Shown: piece after piece, positions 1-9,619 of the stretch
Layout of the letters: each line of letters begins with the position of its first letter
How positions within the stretch are numbered: the stretch's first letter is position 1
Source of the DNA: Candidatus Latescibacterota bacterium
Lineage (GTDB): Bacteria > Latescibacterota > UBA2968 > GCA-2709665
Assembly (NCBI GenBank): GCA_965226795.1
Contig: CBDDDZ010000004.1
Location: 704,001-768,000 of the forward strand
Direction: 5' to 3'
Length of the DNA stretch: 64,000 nt
Position numbers and translations under genes: made by a program
The notes under the pieces: model-generated
What the model saw: the letters and a program-made list of their open reading frames with translations, nothing else
What the model was told of the DNA's origin: nothing
Database searches by the model: none

Positions 1-2
1 TG

Positions 3-569
3 GTTCCTCTGGTGGAAGAGGTGGTGGGCGGGGCGGTTCGTCTGGAGGAGACGGAAGCGATTATCAATCGGCGGGATTCGAAGGCGGATCTGGATCAACT
101 TCGGAAACGCCGGACCAATCCTACGGGTTTTCACAGGGGTACTACGGCGACCTGGGGTTGTTATACGGAGCAGGATCGGTTTCACTGCATCTTTGTAAAA
201 ACGCTCGCCTATCTGACGGACGTGGAGCCGGATGACGGAGGCACCTGCCTGATTCCCGGCAGCCACCGGTTGACGTGGCCCCGCGAAGAGATGATCCGGG
301 CGGCCATGGACGACGAGAGGCTGATCCATCAGGTCGAGGCCAGGGCCGGTTCGGTACTCTTGTTCGGGGAGTCGCTGATTCACAGCACCACGGCCATCCG
401 GAGCGATAGGGAGCGGGTGATTCTGGTTGCGGGATACACGCCGCCGATGCTCCGGGAGTGGATGGGCAACGAAGTGAGCCCCGCATTTGTCGCGACCCTT
501 CCCGAAAAGATGCGGCCGCTGATTTCGGGCAGCGACAGCTGGAACTGGCGGCGGAACTATACACAGTAG
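3..569 (+). CDS. Phytanoyl-CoA dioxygenase (PhyH)-family Fe(II)/2OG oxygenase, 5'-truncated by window edge
   Basis: Frame open from window start; YLTDV..DDGGTCLIPGSH and AGSVLLF.E.LIHS....S...R motifs. Confidence 0.8.
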   Translation, partial: VPLVEEVVGGAVRLEETEAIINRRDSKADLDQLRKRRTNPTGFHRGTTATWGCYTEQDRFHCIFVKTLAYLTDVEPDDGGTCLIPGSHRLTWPREEMIRAAMDDERLIHQVEARAGSVLLFGESLIHSTTAIRSDRERVILVAGYTPPMLREWMGNEVSPAFVATLPEKMRPLISGSDSWNWRRNYTQ

Positions 570-596
570 CATCGATTCTTTCGAGGAGTTCTCTCA

Positions 597-1340
597 ATGT
601 CTGACTTGCGTGTGTTTGTCGGGGACCTGACCCGGACGGAATTTCGGAAGCGGATGGAGTCGGGTATGATTGAGGCGGGGATTGTGCCTGTCGGCGCCAC
701 GGAGCAACACAACGAACATCTGGAGATGATTCACGATGCGTTTCACGTGAGTCACGTCGCGGAACAGGCCGCCAAACGGCTTCATCCGCGGATCGTGGTG
801 GCGTCTCCCATATGCATCGGCGTGTCGGAGCACTGGATGGAACATATCGGAACGCTGACGGTGCGTGCGGAGATTTTTTGCGAGTACGTTTACGACGTGT
901 GCGATTCACTCAGGCGGGCGGGTATTCGGAATATTCTTATTCTGAATGGCCATGGAGGAAACGTGAAACCGCTTATGGGCCGCATTGACGAGTACCGGGA
1001 ACGGCTGGGTCTGAATCTCCGGTTTCAGTCTTACTGGGACGTGTACGATCCCGCGCTGGTTTTTTCGAGCATGGAGACCAACCGTCTTCCCGGACACGCC
1101 TGTGAATTCGAAACCTCCACGATGCTGGCGCTCGCGCCGGAACGGGTCCACGCTGCGGATATGGTCAACGAGGCTGCGGCGCTGGCAACGAGAGAAAAAG
1201 GGGAGCGGCTGATCGGGCCGGCGGTTGCGGGTGTGGCGGACGTGTTGAGCAGAATGATCGCCGGCGAAGCCGTGAATAAGCCTCCGGTCACGTTTGTGGA
1301 TGGACAGCGCATTCATATGGTAACCGGCGACCCGGTTTAG
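597..1340 (+). CDS. Creatininase-family amidohydrolase
   Basis: PVGATEQH..HL....D, NGHGGN and HACEFETS motifs; GAGGAG RBS. Confidence 0.9.
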   Translation: MSDLRVFVGDLTRTEFRKRMESGMIEAGIVPVGATEQHNEHLEMIHDAFHVSHVAEQAAKRLHPRIVVASPICIGVSEHWMEHIGTLTVRAEIFCEYVYDVCDSLRRAGIRNILILNGHGGNVKPLMGRIDEYRERLGLNLRFQSYWDVYDPALVFSSMETNRLPGHACEFETSTMLALAPERVHAADMVNEAAALATREKGERLIGPAVAGVADVLSRMIAGEAVNKPPVTFVDGQRIHMVTGDPV

Positions 1341-1354
1341 ACCACTGCAAAAAA

Positions 1355-1430
1355 TGGAGCCGCCCGGGGGACTCGAACCCCCGACCTACGGATTACAAAT
1401 CCGTTGCTCTACCAGCTGAGCTAGGGCGGC
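1355..1430 (-). tRNA. tRNA-Thr(TGT)
   Basis: Reverse complement GCCGCCCTAGCTCAGCTGGTAGAGCAACGGATTTGTAATCCGTAGGTCGGGGGTTCGAGTCCCCCGGGCGGCTCCA: 76 nt cloverleaf, TGT anticodon, TTCGA T-loop, encoded CCA. Confidence 0.97.
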
Positions 1431-1675
1431 TTGAATTCAGCGATTAACCACGATTCGGTATAAATCCGATGCCGAAGGACATCCGGAAAGCACCAACTTT
1501 CCGGATGTCGCGCCGAACTGGCGACTCCTCTTCAAACCCACTGCGAATGAACCGTCGATGGGAGTGCAGAACACCGTGCCCCTCCCGAGGATTGCCGGAT
1601 TACGCTCTCCGTCACGAGAACGGTAGACAGACGAAGCCGGGGCACTCATGCGGCCCGGAAGGCGCTCCCGATCCG

Positions 1676-3088
1676 TCAGGACCGCTTCCAGACCGTCCCT
1701 TCCGGTGTGTCCTCCAGCGTGTAGCCCAATTCCGTGAACCGATCCCGAATCTCGTCCGCCCGCGCCCAATTCCTCTCCTTCCTCGCCTGGTCGCGTTCCG
1801 TGATCAACGCCGCAAGATCATCTGGAAGTTCGTCCTCCCGGGCATCCTCTTTTGGCGAATGAAAAACCCCGAGCACCTGATCGATCTCATCCAGAAAGCC
1901 GTCAATCCTGTCGGCACCGTCCCGGTCCAACTGTTCCTCAAGAAGCAGATCGTCCACGGCATTCACCATCTCAAAGACGACGCTCATCGCACGCGGTGTG
2001 TTCAGATCGTCATCCATGTGCCGGATAAACCCCTCCCGCGCCTTTTCCAATAGCGACGCGGGTTCGTCCCCGCCGTCTCTCCGCGTAATCTCGCTCAGCC
2101 TGCGCCTGAAATTGTCCAGCCTCCGCATTGTATTCCGTGCGGCGTCGAGCACCTCCGCGGAGAAATTGAACGCGGTACGATAATGGTTGCTCACCACCAG
2201 GTAGCGGAAGGCACGTGCGTCATTGGGCGTATGCACGATATCCCGCACCGTCAGAAAATTGCCCAGGCTCTTGGACATCTTTTCGTCGTCTACGTTGATA
2301 TGCGCGCCGTGCAGCCAGTAATTGACAAAGCGCTTGCCCGTTACCGCCTCGCTTTGCGCGATCTCATTCTGGTGGTGCGGAAAAATCAGATCCACGGCTC
2401 CGGCGTGGATGTCGATGGTTTCCCCCAGATATTTGATTGACATGCAGGAGCACTCCATGTGCCAGCCCGGCCTTCCCTTGCCCAGGTCCGTCTTCCAGAA
2501 TATATTTCCGTCTTCCGGTTTCCACGCCTTCCACAACACGAAATCCCGCGCGTCTTCCTTGTCGTATTTGTCCGTATCCACACCGCTGGCGCCTGCCTGC
2601 AATCCGGAAACATCCAGTTGCGCCAGTTCCCCGTACGAGGGAAAGCTCCGTATCGAAAAATATACGGATCCTTCGTGTACGTATGCATGACCTTCTTCTT
2701 TCATCCGCGCGATCATTTCCACGATTTCGGATATGTGATCCGTTGCACGCGGATAGTGATCGGCAGGGAGCAGATTCAACGTTGCCATATCCTCGAAAAA
2801 GGCCGCCGTATACCGATCGGTGAGTTCCTTTAGCGTTGTCTCTTCGTCGCGCACTTTCCCGATAATATTGTCGTCCACGTCCGTGATGTTCATGACGTGG
2901 AAAACCTGATAACCCCGAAATGTCAGATAGCGTTTAATCAGGTCAAAGACGACAAATGTCTTGAAATTTCCGATATGGGAATAGTCGTGAACCGTCGGCC
3001 CGCAACTGTAGAACGTGACCTTGCCCGGCTCAATCTCCCTGAATTCCTCTTTTTCCCGGGTCAGACTATTGTAAAAACAAATGGCCAT
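1676..3088 (-). CDS. cysS: Cysteine--tRNA ligase
   Basis: CGPTV, HIGN, GRPGWHMEC, FPHHQNE, KMSKS. Confidence 0.97.
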   Translation of the reverse strand: MAICFYNSLTREKEEFREIEPGKVTFYSCGPTVHDYSHIGNFKTFVVFDLIKRYLTFRGYQVFHVMNITDVDDNIIGKVRDEETTLKELTDRYTAAFFEDMATLNLLPADHYPRATDHISEIVEMIARMKEEGHAYVHEGSVYFSIRSFPSYGELAQLDVSGLQAGASGVDTDKYDKEDARDFVLWKAWKPEDGNIFWKTDLGKGRPGWHMECSCMSIKYLGETIDIHAGAVDLIFPHHQNEIAQSEAVTGKRFVNYWLHGAHINVDDEKMSKSLGNFLTVRDIVHTPNDARAFRYLVVSNHYRTAFNFSAEVLDAARNTMRRLDNFRRRLSEITRRDGGDEPASLLEKAREGFIRHMDDDLNTPRAMSVVFEMVNAVDDLLLEEQLDRDGADRIDGFLDEIDQVLGVFHSPKEDAREDELPDDLAALITERDQARKERNWARADEIRDRFTELGYTLEDTPEGTVWKRS

Positions 3089-3133
3089 TGACAGTTCCCT
3101 CGTTGCCGCGTTCCAGAACCCCCTCGCACGCGG

Positions 3134-4237
3134 CTATACGGATGTCTTCAACCGCCGCTCCCGACCGTGTCGTTCAAACGCGAACTGAATCAGGCGGTCG
3201 ACCAGTTCCGTACAGGATATCCCGCTCGCCTCCCACAGCTTCGGATACATACTGATCCGCGTAAAGCCGGGAATGGTATTGATTTCGTTGATAAGTACCT
3301 CGTCTTCTCCGCGCAAAAAGCAATCCACGCGAGCCATGCCCTCACAGCATAGCACCCTGTAGGCCTGAATTGCCAACGCCTGAACCGTGTGTACAGTCGC
3401 CTGGGGAAGGTCTGCCGGAATCGCCAGTCCGGCTCCGTGTTCGTCGATATATTTCGCTTCGTACGTGTAGAACTCGTGATGCGGTATGATCTCACCAGGA
3501 ACGGATGCGATAGGATCGTCGTTGCCCAGGACCGAAACCTCGATTTCGCGGCCGCCCGCGTCAGCCTCGATCAGAATCTTGTGGTCGTACTGAAACGCAA
3601 ATTCGAGCGCGTCGACAAACATCGCCCGCCCGTCCACCCGGCTCACGCCCACCGACGAACCCAGATTGGCCGGCTTTACAAATACGGGCAATCCGAGCCG
3701 TTTCACAACCGCATCGAAATCAATTCTCGCACAGGACCGGAAAAATGCCAGAAAATCAGGGGTCGGAATGCCGGCTTCCCGCAGCAGGCGCTTCATGACG
3801 TCTTTATCCATCGCCACCGCCGAACCCAGGACACCGGCGCCCACGAAAGGAATATCGGCCAGTTTCAACATCCCCTGAATGGTGCCGTCCTCTCCGAATG
3901 GCCCGTGCAGAACGGGAAACACGACATCCAGCGCCTCCATCCGCTGATAATCGGAAGAACGGACGAGATGCGCACCACCGGTGTCCTGCGGCACCAGCGT
4001 CACGCCGACATCCGTGTCCTCTACCATCAGCTCCGGGAGTTCCGACCCCGCGGCCTCGACATAGAGACGAGAGGGAGCACTCAGGTGCCACTGCCCTCCA
4101 CGGTCGATTCCTATCAATACCACATCGTATTTGCTCTTGTCAATTGCCTCGACGACATTTCTTGCTGACTCCAGCGACACTTCGTGCTCGGCTGACTTTC
4201 CGCCGAAAAGCACGCCGACGCGGATCTTTTCGCCCAT
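3134..4237 (-). CDS. ddl: D-alanine--D-alanine ligase
   Basis: GGKSAEHEVS, LHGPFGEDGTIQG, GSSVG, YTYEAKY, NEINTIPGFT. Confidence 0.96.
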   Translation of the reverse strand: MGEKIRVGVLFGGKSAEHEVSLESARNVVEAIDKSKYDVVLIGIDRGGQWHLSAPSRLYVEAAGSELPELMVEDTDVGVTLVPQDTGGAHLVRSSDYQRMEALDVVFPVLHGPFGEDGTIQGMLKLADIPFVGAGVLGSAVAMDKDVMKRLLREAGIPTPDFLAFFRSCARIDFDAVVKRLGLPVFVKPANLGSSVGVSRVDGRAMFVDALEFAFQYDHKILIEADAGGREIEVSVLGNDDPIASVPGEIIPHHEFYTYEAKYIDEHGAGLAIPADLPQATVHTVQALAIQAYRVLCCEGMARVDCFLRGEDEVLINEINTIPGFTRISMYPKLWEASGISCTELVDRLIQFAFERHGRERRLKTSV

Positions 4238-4293
4238 CGACGTTTCCCCTGGTGAAAATTGGAGCCTGTCGCGCCTTTATTCGGTGAGTCCAT

Positions 4294-4995
4294 TCAATGC
4301 GGGGGGCCGTCAGGACGCCCGATATCAGGTGGTGTTGAATCCCCGGAATCGTCTGAATCTCTCCGGCCCTTCTTTCTCCACCACAGCCAGTACCCGATTC
4401 CGCCGGCCACCATCAGTACGAGAATCACCCGATTATAAGCCCGCAGTACATCGACCACCAGCCCCCAGTTTTCGCCCACCTTCAGCCCGAAATACACCAG
4501 CAGGCTGTTCCACAGAAGCGTGCTCAGGACGACATAGCCCAACATCCGAAGCGGATGAATGCGGCTGATCCCGGCCCCGATCCCGACAAATGCCCGCACG
4601 GTAGGCAAAAACCGGTTGAAGATCACAATCCGATCGCCATACCGCAAAAAACCCGCCTCCACGCGGTTCAGATTTTTCTCTGAAAAAATCCGGGAATTGA
4701 AACTCAGGATAAATGCACGCCCTTTCCAGTACGCCACCGCGTAAACCAGCAGACATCCCATTGTGCTGCCCAGCCACATTGCCACATATGCCGGCACCAA
4801 CCGGACAATGCCCACCCCGGCCAGATATGCGCCAAAGACGATTAGGGTATCTCCCGGAAGGGGCGGTACCAAATTCTCCATAAAGGCGCCGAGAAACAAA
4901 AAAAAACAGATCAATTCCGGTGGCTGATCGCCCAGAAACAGCAGAAACTGCTCCCATGCCCGCGACAAGAACACAAGATCGAACGAAAAATCCAA
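4294..4995 (-). CDS. DedA-family membrane protein
   Basis: EN..PPLPGD and RFLPTVR motifs; hydrophobic segments. Confidence 0.9.
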   Translation of the reverse strand: MDFSFDLVFLSRAWEQFLLFLGDQPPELICFFLFLGAFMENLVPPLPGDTLIVFGAYLAGVGIVRLVPAYVAMWLGSTMGCLLVYAVAYWKGRAFILSFNSRIFSEKNLNRVEAGFLRYGDRIVIFNRFLPTVRAFVGIGAGISRIHPLRMLGYVVLSTLLWNSLLVYFGLKVGENWGLVVDVLRAYNRVILVLMVAGGIGYWLWWRKKGRRDSDDSGDSTPPDIGRPDGPPH

Positions 4996-5004
4996 CCGCC
5001 CCCC

Positions 5005-6210
5005 TTAATCCCGGTTTCCGTTTACCGGGTCATGGACTGCTGCCCTTAGCGCAACCAGCGCGACGGCCTGTGCGGCGATTCCCTCTTCCGTCCCTACAAA
5101 TCCCAGGCCCTCGGTGGTCGTTGCCTTTATCGACATCCGTTCCGCCGCGATTCCAAGCGACCCTGCCATTTTTGCCCGCATATCTGAAATATACGGCGCA
5201 AGCTTCGGGCGCTGCGCAATCACTGTCGCATCCACGTTTATGATTTCGGCGGCGGTTTCGCGGGCCAGCCCCGATACCCGCTCCAGCAGAATCAGACTGG
5301 AAATACCGGCATAGGCCGGATCGGCATCGGGAAAATGCCTGCCGATATCGCCCTGACCCATCGCACCGAGAATGGCATCCGCGACCGCATGGGAAAGCAC
5401 ATCGGCGTCGGAGTGCCCCTGTAGACCCCGGTCGAACGGAACAGTCACCCCGCCCAGAATCAACGGCCGCCCCGAAACCAGCCGGTGTACGTCATAACCC
5501 TGCCCTGATCGTAATTCTGATGGCATGCCCTCCGCTCTGGATCTCAAGATCGATTCAGCCATCGCCAGATCCTCCGGCGCCGTGATTTTCAGATTGTCCT
5601 CACGGCCCGTCACGACGTATACCGGCGCCTTCAGTTGCTCAACGAGCGATGTGTCGTCCGTACCCACGTACCCGCTTCGGGCGGCTGCTCCATGCGCCCG
5701 ACGTAATAATGGCGCGCCGAACGCCTGGGGGGTCTGGACGCGCCACAACCGTGACCGGTCCAACGTGCGCAACACACGCCCGTTTTCGATCTCCTTGACC
5801 GTATCCGTTACGGGAGTACCCAGCACCGCCGAGCCCTTCTCACGCGCCAGATCGATGACAGCGTCGATCTGATCGGGCAGAATCAACGGCCGCGCCCCAT
5901 CATGGATCGCAATGAGCGTGGCGTCGGCCTGTACCGCCCGAAGTCCCTCCGCAACAGAATCCTGGCGCCGCACCCCTCCCGTCACCACGGCGGTTACCTT
6001 CCGTATTCCCCACCCGCGAACAATCTCCCTGCATCGATCCACGCAATCCGACAGCGTGACAAGCACAACGCGGTCGACCTGTTTTGCGCGCTCGAAGGCC
6101 GTCAATGTATGAACAAGCATCGGACGCCCTGCCAGGCAGATAAATTGCTTGGGCAGGTCGCCCCCCATCCGCCGGCCGGAGCCGGCGGCAAGCAGAATTG
6201 CGTAAACCAT
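5005..6210 (-). CDS. ispDF: Bifunctional IspD/IspF (MEP pathway)
   Basis: LAAGSGRRM...KQF and HDGARP (IspD); GQGYDVH, GHSDADV, KATTTE (IspF). Confidence 0.95.
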   Translation of the reverse strand: MVYAILLAAGSGRRMGGDLPKQFICLAGRPMLVHTLTAFERAKQVDRVVLVTLSDCVDRCREIVRGWGIRKVTAVVTGGVRRQDSVAEGLRAVQADATLIAIHDGARPLILPDQIDAVIDLAREKGSAVLGTPVTDTVKEIENGRVLRTLDRSRLWRVQTPQAFGAPLLRRAHGAAARSGYVGTDDTSLVEQLKAPVYVVTGREDNLKITAPEDLAMAESILRSRAEGMPSELRSGQGYDVHRLVSGRPLILGGVTVPFDRGLQGHSDADVLSHAVADAILGAMGQGDIGRHFPDADPAYAGISSLILLERVSGLARETAAEIINVDATVIAQRPKLAPYISDMRAKMAGSLGIAAERMSIKATTTEGLGFVGTEEGIAAQAVALVALRAAVHDPVNGNRD

Positions 6211-6236
6211 AGAGACTGACGAATCCAGAACACCAC

Positions 6237-7274
6237 CTATAGAATCAACATCGCGTCGCCGTAGCTGTAAAACCTATATCGTTTCCGCACCGCTTCCTTG
6301 TACGCCTCCAATATGAATCCTCGATCCGAGAATGCAGAAACAAGCATCAGCAGTGTCGAACGGGGCAGGTGAAAATTGGTGACCAGCGTGTCTATGAGCT
6401 TGAACCGGTACGGAGGATACACGAATAACCGTGTCCAACCCGACCCGGGATTCAGAATCCAGCCATAGGACGTTCGCGACGCCGATGCCTCGATCGCACG
6501 CACGGTGGTTGTGCCCACCGCAACAACGCGCCCTCCATTCCGCCGGCATGCGTTCACCTTCTCAGCGGCTTCGGAATCAATCTCGAAGTACTCTGCATCC
6601 ATTTGGTGCCGCCGGGGATCTTCCACTTCCACGGGCTTGAACGTGCCCGGACCCACGTGGAGCAGCACCGGGACGATCTCCACGCCGGACGCCCGGATCC
6701 GATCAAGGAGACCCGACGTAAAGTGCAGGCCTGCGGTAGGGGCCGCCACCGCCCCCAGGGTTCGCGCGTACACCGCCTGGTACCGGTCTCGATCCGTCGG
6801 ATGCTCCTCCCGTCTGATGTATGGCGGCAGGGGGATGCGTCCATGGCTTTCCAGAACCACTTCCAGAGATGCGCCGCCCTTGAACCGAACCATCCGACGT
6901 CCGGAGGGCAGAACCGCGGTCACTTCCGCAACAAGATCCACGTCCGGGAAGGCCACCTCCGCGCCCTCCCGCAGCCGGCGGCCCGGACGCGCGAGTACTT
7001 CCCAGCAATCCCCGTCGCAACGAACCAGCAGAAGCTCCACGGCCCCCCGGGTGCCGGGCCGGTACCCGTTGAGGCGGGCCGGAAAAACGCGCGTTTCGTT
7101 GACGACCAGGCAATCTCCGGGACCCAGGAAATCCGGAAACGACCTGAACACCGCATGATCAATACGCCCGGTTTTCCGATCCAGAACCATCAACCGGGCG
7201 CCGTCCCGTTCGGAGGCGGGGTACTGGGCGATCAATTCCTGGGGAAGCTCGTAATCGTAGTCGGCAAGGTTCAT
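6237..7274 (-). CDS. queA: S-adenosylmethionine:tRNA ribosyltransferase-isomerase
   Basis: [43 protein letters not shown]. Confidence 0.97.
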   Translation of the reverse strand: MNLADYDYELPQELIAQYPASERDGARLMVLDRKTGRIDHAVFRSFPDFLGPGDCLVVNETRVFPARLNGYRPGTRGAVELLLVRCDGDCWEVLARPGRRLREGAEVAFPDVDLVAEVTAVLPSGRRMVRFKGGASLEVVLESHGRIPLPPYIRREEHPTDRDRYQAVYARTLGAVAAPTAGLHFTSGLLDRIRASGVEIVPVLLHVGPGTFKPVEVEDPRRHQMDAEYFEIDSEAAEKVNACRRNGGRVVAVGTTTVRAIEASASRTSYGWILNPGSGWTRLFVYPPYRFKLIDTLVTNFHLPRSTLLMLVSAFSDRGFILEAYKEAVRKRYRFYSYGDAMLIL

Positions 7275-7465
7275 GGAACCCGATGTGCGAAATCACGACG
7301 ACACGTACATTGTTGCCGGCGTTTCGACCCGTATGGCGGGTTACCACGTCTGCTGGTTCCCGCAGGTAGATCGGCGAGCCCTTCACCCTCCGCGCCTGGC
7401 CGTCGGGACGGCCCTGAGGTCCACCTCAGGCCAACGCCGCCGCTGGCGGATTCGCCCGATTTACG

Positions 7466-7690
7466 TTACCGCCGGGAAATCAGGTTCAGGACCACGGTCA
7501 GGACGATGCTAATCACAATACACGTTACAATCGGAAAATAAAGCCTGAAGCCCTCCCGGCGAACGACAATATCCCCCGGCAGCCGCCATGACAAAGGAAA
7601 TTTATCTCCGACCCAGAGCAAAAAGCCCACCGAAAACACCAGAATCCCTACAATCATCAGGACTCTGGCAAAGCCGGAAAACTCGTTCAC
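7466..7690 (-). CDS. Small DUF2905-like membrane protein (74 aa)
   Basis: C-terminal part of ORF 7466..8257: RLPGDI......F.LYFPIVTCIVIS; GTG start at 7690. Confidence 0.8.
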   Translation of the reverse strand: MNEFSGFARVLMIVGILVFSVGFLLWVGDKFPLSWRLPGDIVVRREGFRLYFPIVTCIVISIVLTVVLNLISRR

Positions 7691-7944
7691 GACAACAACC
7701 CTTCGGAGAAGCCGAAACTTACAGAATTCTCGAACCGACGTCAAGGTATTGCGTTCCGAAATGAGGTTTCGGAACAAGCGGGCGAGAAGCTGACGCCGGG
7801 CGAATCCGGCTTTCCTGAACACCCAGGATGCTCGATCGAATCCGTAGCGACTCTCGCCGTGGTCCCACAAAAACAACAAACGTGAAACACGCCACACCGC
7901 AGCGGCGGGCCGTTTCACGTTTGGCATCTCGCGCGGGGCGGCCT

Positions 7945-8979
7945 TTACGGCGTAAACACGACCTTCAACGCCTCCATATTCTCCGCGGCCGTGAACCCTT
8001 TCTCCCAATCTGTAAGGGGCAACCGGTGTGTAATTATCGGATCCACCTCGATCTTGCCGTCGGCAATCATCCAGATGGTTTTGTCCCAACTCGCGTATTC
8101 TGTCGACATGTTGAAAAAGAGTGTCACGACCTTGGTCATTGCCGCATCCCAGTCCAGTTGCACGGGACGCTTGCCTGTAAGGCCAATGGCGCATATCCGA
8201 CCCCATTTGCAAACCAGATCGACCGCCTGGGCGATGGCCGGCGGCGCGCCCGAGCACTCAATCACCAGGTCCGCCCCCTTGCCGTCCGTCAGCTCCATGC
8301 AGCGCTCCACCGGATCCGCCTCCGCGAAATTCACAACGTGTTCGACGCCCAACCTGCGCGCCGTCGCAAGACGCAGTTCCTCGTCTGCCGGTGCGCCTAC
8401 GATCATCACTTCCCGCGCCCCCGCCACACGCGCCACCTGGGCCGCCAGCAGACCGATAGGCCCCGGCCCCAGCACCACCACAAAATCGCCCACCTCAATC
8501 GCTTGCCGATCGATGATATCCGTCACCGTATTGGCCGCTGGTTCAACCAGCGCACCCTGCTCAAAACTCATATGGTCCGGTATCCGGTGCAACAGGTTGG
8601 TAGGATATTTCATATATCTGGTGAACGCGCCATCGATACCCCAGCCAGGAGATCTCTTCTCCAGGCAGTTCTGTATATGCCCTTTCCGACAAAGGAAACA
8701 CTTGCCGCAGTGCAATGTATGGGGCTCGCCAACCACGCGGGCGCCGACCTTCCAATCCGTTACCGAATTTCCAACTTCGACGATCTCACCCGAGAACTCA
8801 TGGCCCAGGATCACGGGCGGCCAGTACGGAAACGTATCGTGTTTAACGTGTACATCCGTACCGCAGATTCCTGCTGCCTTTACTTCAATCAAAACCTCGT
8901 CGTCCGTAATTTCGGGCTCCGGCACGTCGCGCAGTTCCAGAAACCCAACGCCTCGTTTGGTCTTGACAACCGCCTCCAT
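7945..8979 (-). CDS. Zn-dependent medium-chain dehydrogenase (threonine/sorbitol DH-like)
   Basis: GICGTD, GHE, CGKCFLC...C, GPGPIG; AAAGGAG RBS. Confidence 0.92.
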   Translation of the reverse strand: MEAVVKTKRGVGFLELRDVPEPEITDDEVLIEVKAAGICGTDVHVKHDTFPYWPPVILGHEFSGEIVEVGNSVTDWKVGARVVGEPHTLHCGKCFLCRKGHIQNCLEKRSPGWGIDGAFTRYMKYPTNLLHRIPDHMSFEQGALVEPAANTVTDIIDRQAIEVGDFVVVLGPGPIGLLAAQVARVAGAREVMIVGAPADEELRLATARRLGVEHVVNFAEADPVERCMELTDGKGADLVIECSGAPPAIAQAVDLVCKWGRICAIGLTGKRPVQLDWDAAMTKVVTLFFNMSTEYASWDKTIWMIADGKIEVDPIITHRLPLTDWEKGFTAAENMEALKVVFTP

Positions 8980-9142
8980 AATCTGCTCCTTTTATGTTGG
9001 ATCGTCGCAATTACGCTTTGGTGGCCGGCGTAAAGCAAACTCGACGCTGCGCAACGTATACCTCAGGATCGCGGGTCCCCCGCTGAGCCCTGCACGACGG
9101 TGAAATCTCGCGAATACGGCACGCACAAGACACGAATTCCCC

Positions 9143-9171
9143 TTGAAATTCGGGGTTGGATAATGTATAAT
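9143..9171 (+). promoter_or_regulatory. Near-consensus sigma70 promoter
   Basis: TTGAAA-N17-TATAAT. Confidence 0.55.
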
Positions 9172-9231
9172 CAACTTTATAATGCGGTCGACCGGCGTTT
9201 AACCGGTCGGCTGATCCGATTGTAACCTGAA

Positions 9232-9423
9232 TCAACCGCAATCCAGACAACGCACTTCGTCGAAAATCCGATCCTGTTCATCCGGCTCGTCAATTGAAAA
9301 ATTAACGAGGCACCTTACGGCCTTGGAAGGGTCCTCCAGACGGTATCGGGCGGCGATCTCTTCCAGAAACGCCATCTGGTGTGTTTCCAGCAAGATCTCG
9401 AAAGTCTTCTTTTCCTTGAACAC
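9232..9423 (-). CDS. Small hypothetical protein (63 aa) with C-terminal CxxC
   Basis: AAGGGAGG RBS, GTG start, ends RCLDCG. Confidence 0.7.
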   Translation of the reverse strand: MFKEKKTFEILLETHQMAFLEEIAARYRLEDPSKAVRCLVNFSIDEPDEQDRIFDEVRCLDCG

Positions 9424-9619
9424 GCCAGCACCTCCCTTTAGAGTCGGATTCCACGGTGTAGCCGATAATATTCCCGCGTTTCCGCAGATTCATGATAGGG
9501 TTTCGGCAGTGTATTGTCAATGGGGATTCGTCTCCCCGCACCCGCATTATCCGGACCGGCCCGTACCCGATCCGGCAAATCGACAACAGGGCCTTTACTG
9601 ATCGCTGGCTCCCTAATTT

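Noticed and set aside
1..1430. tRNA-Thr as an island integration site
   Set aside because: No integrase and no duplicated tRNA 3' end seen in the window
7275..7465. preQ1 riboswitch upstream of queA (hairpin CCTGAGGT-CC-ACCTCAGG near 7413)
   Set aside because: Lacks the preQ1 consensus loop and A-rich tail
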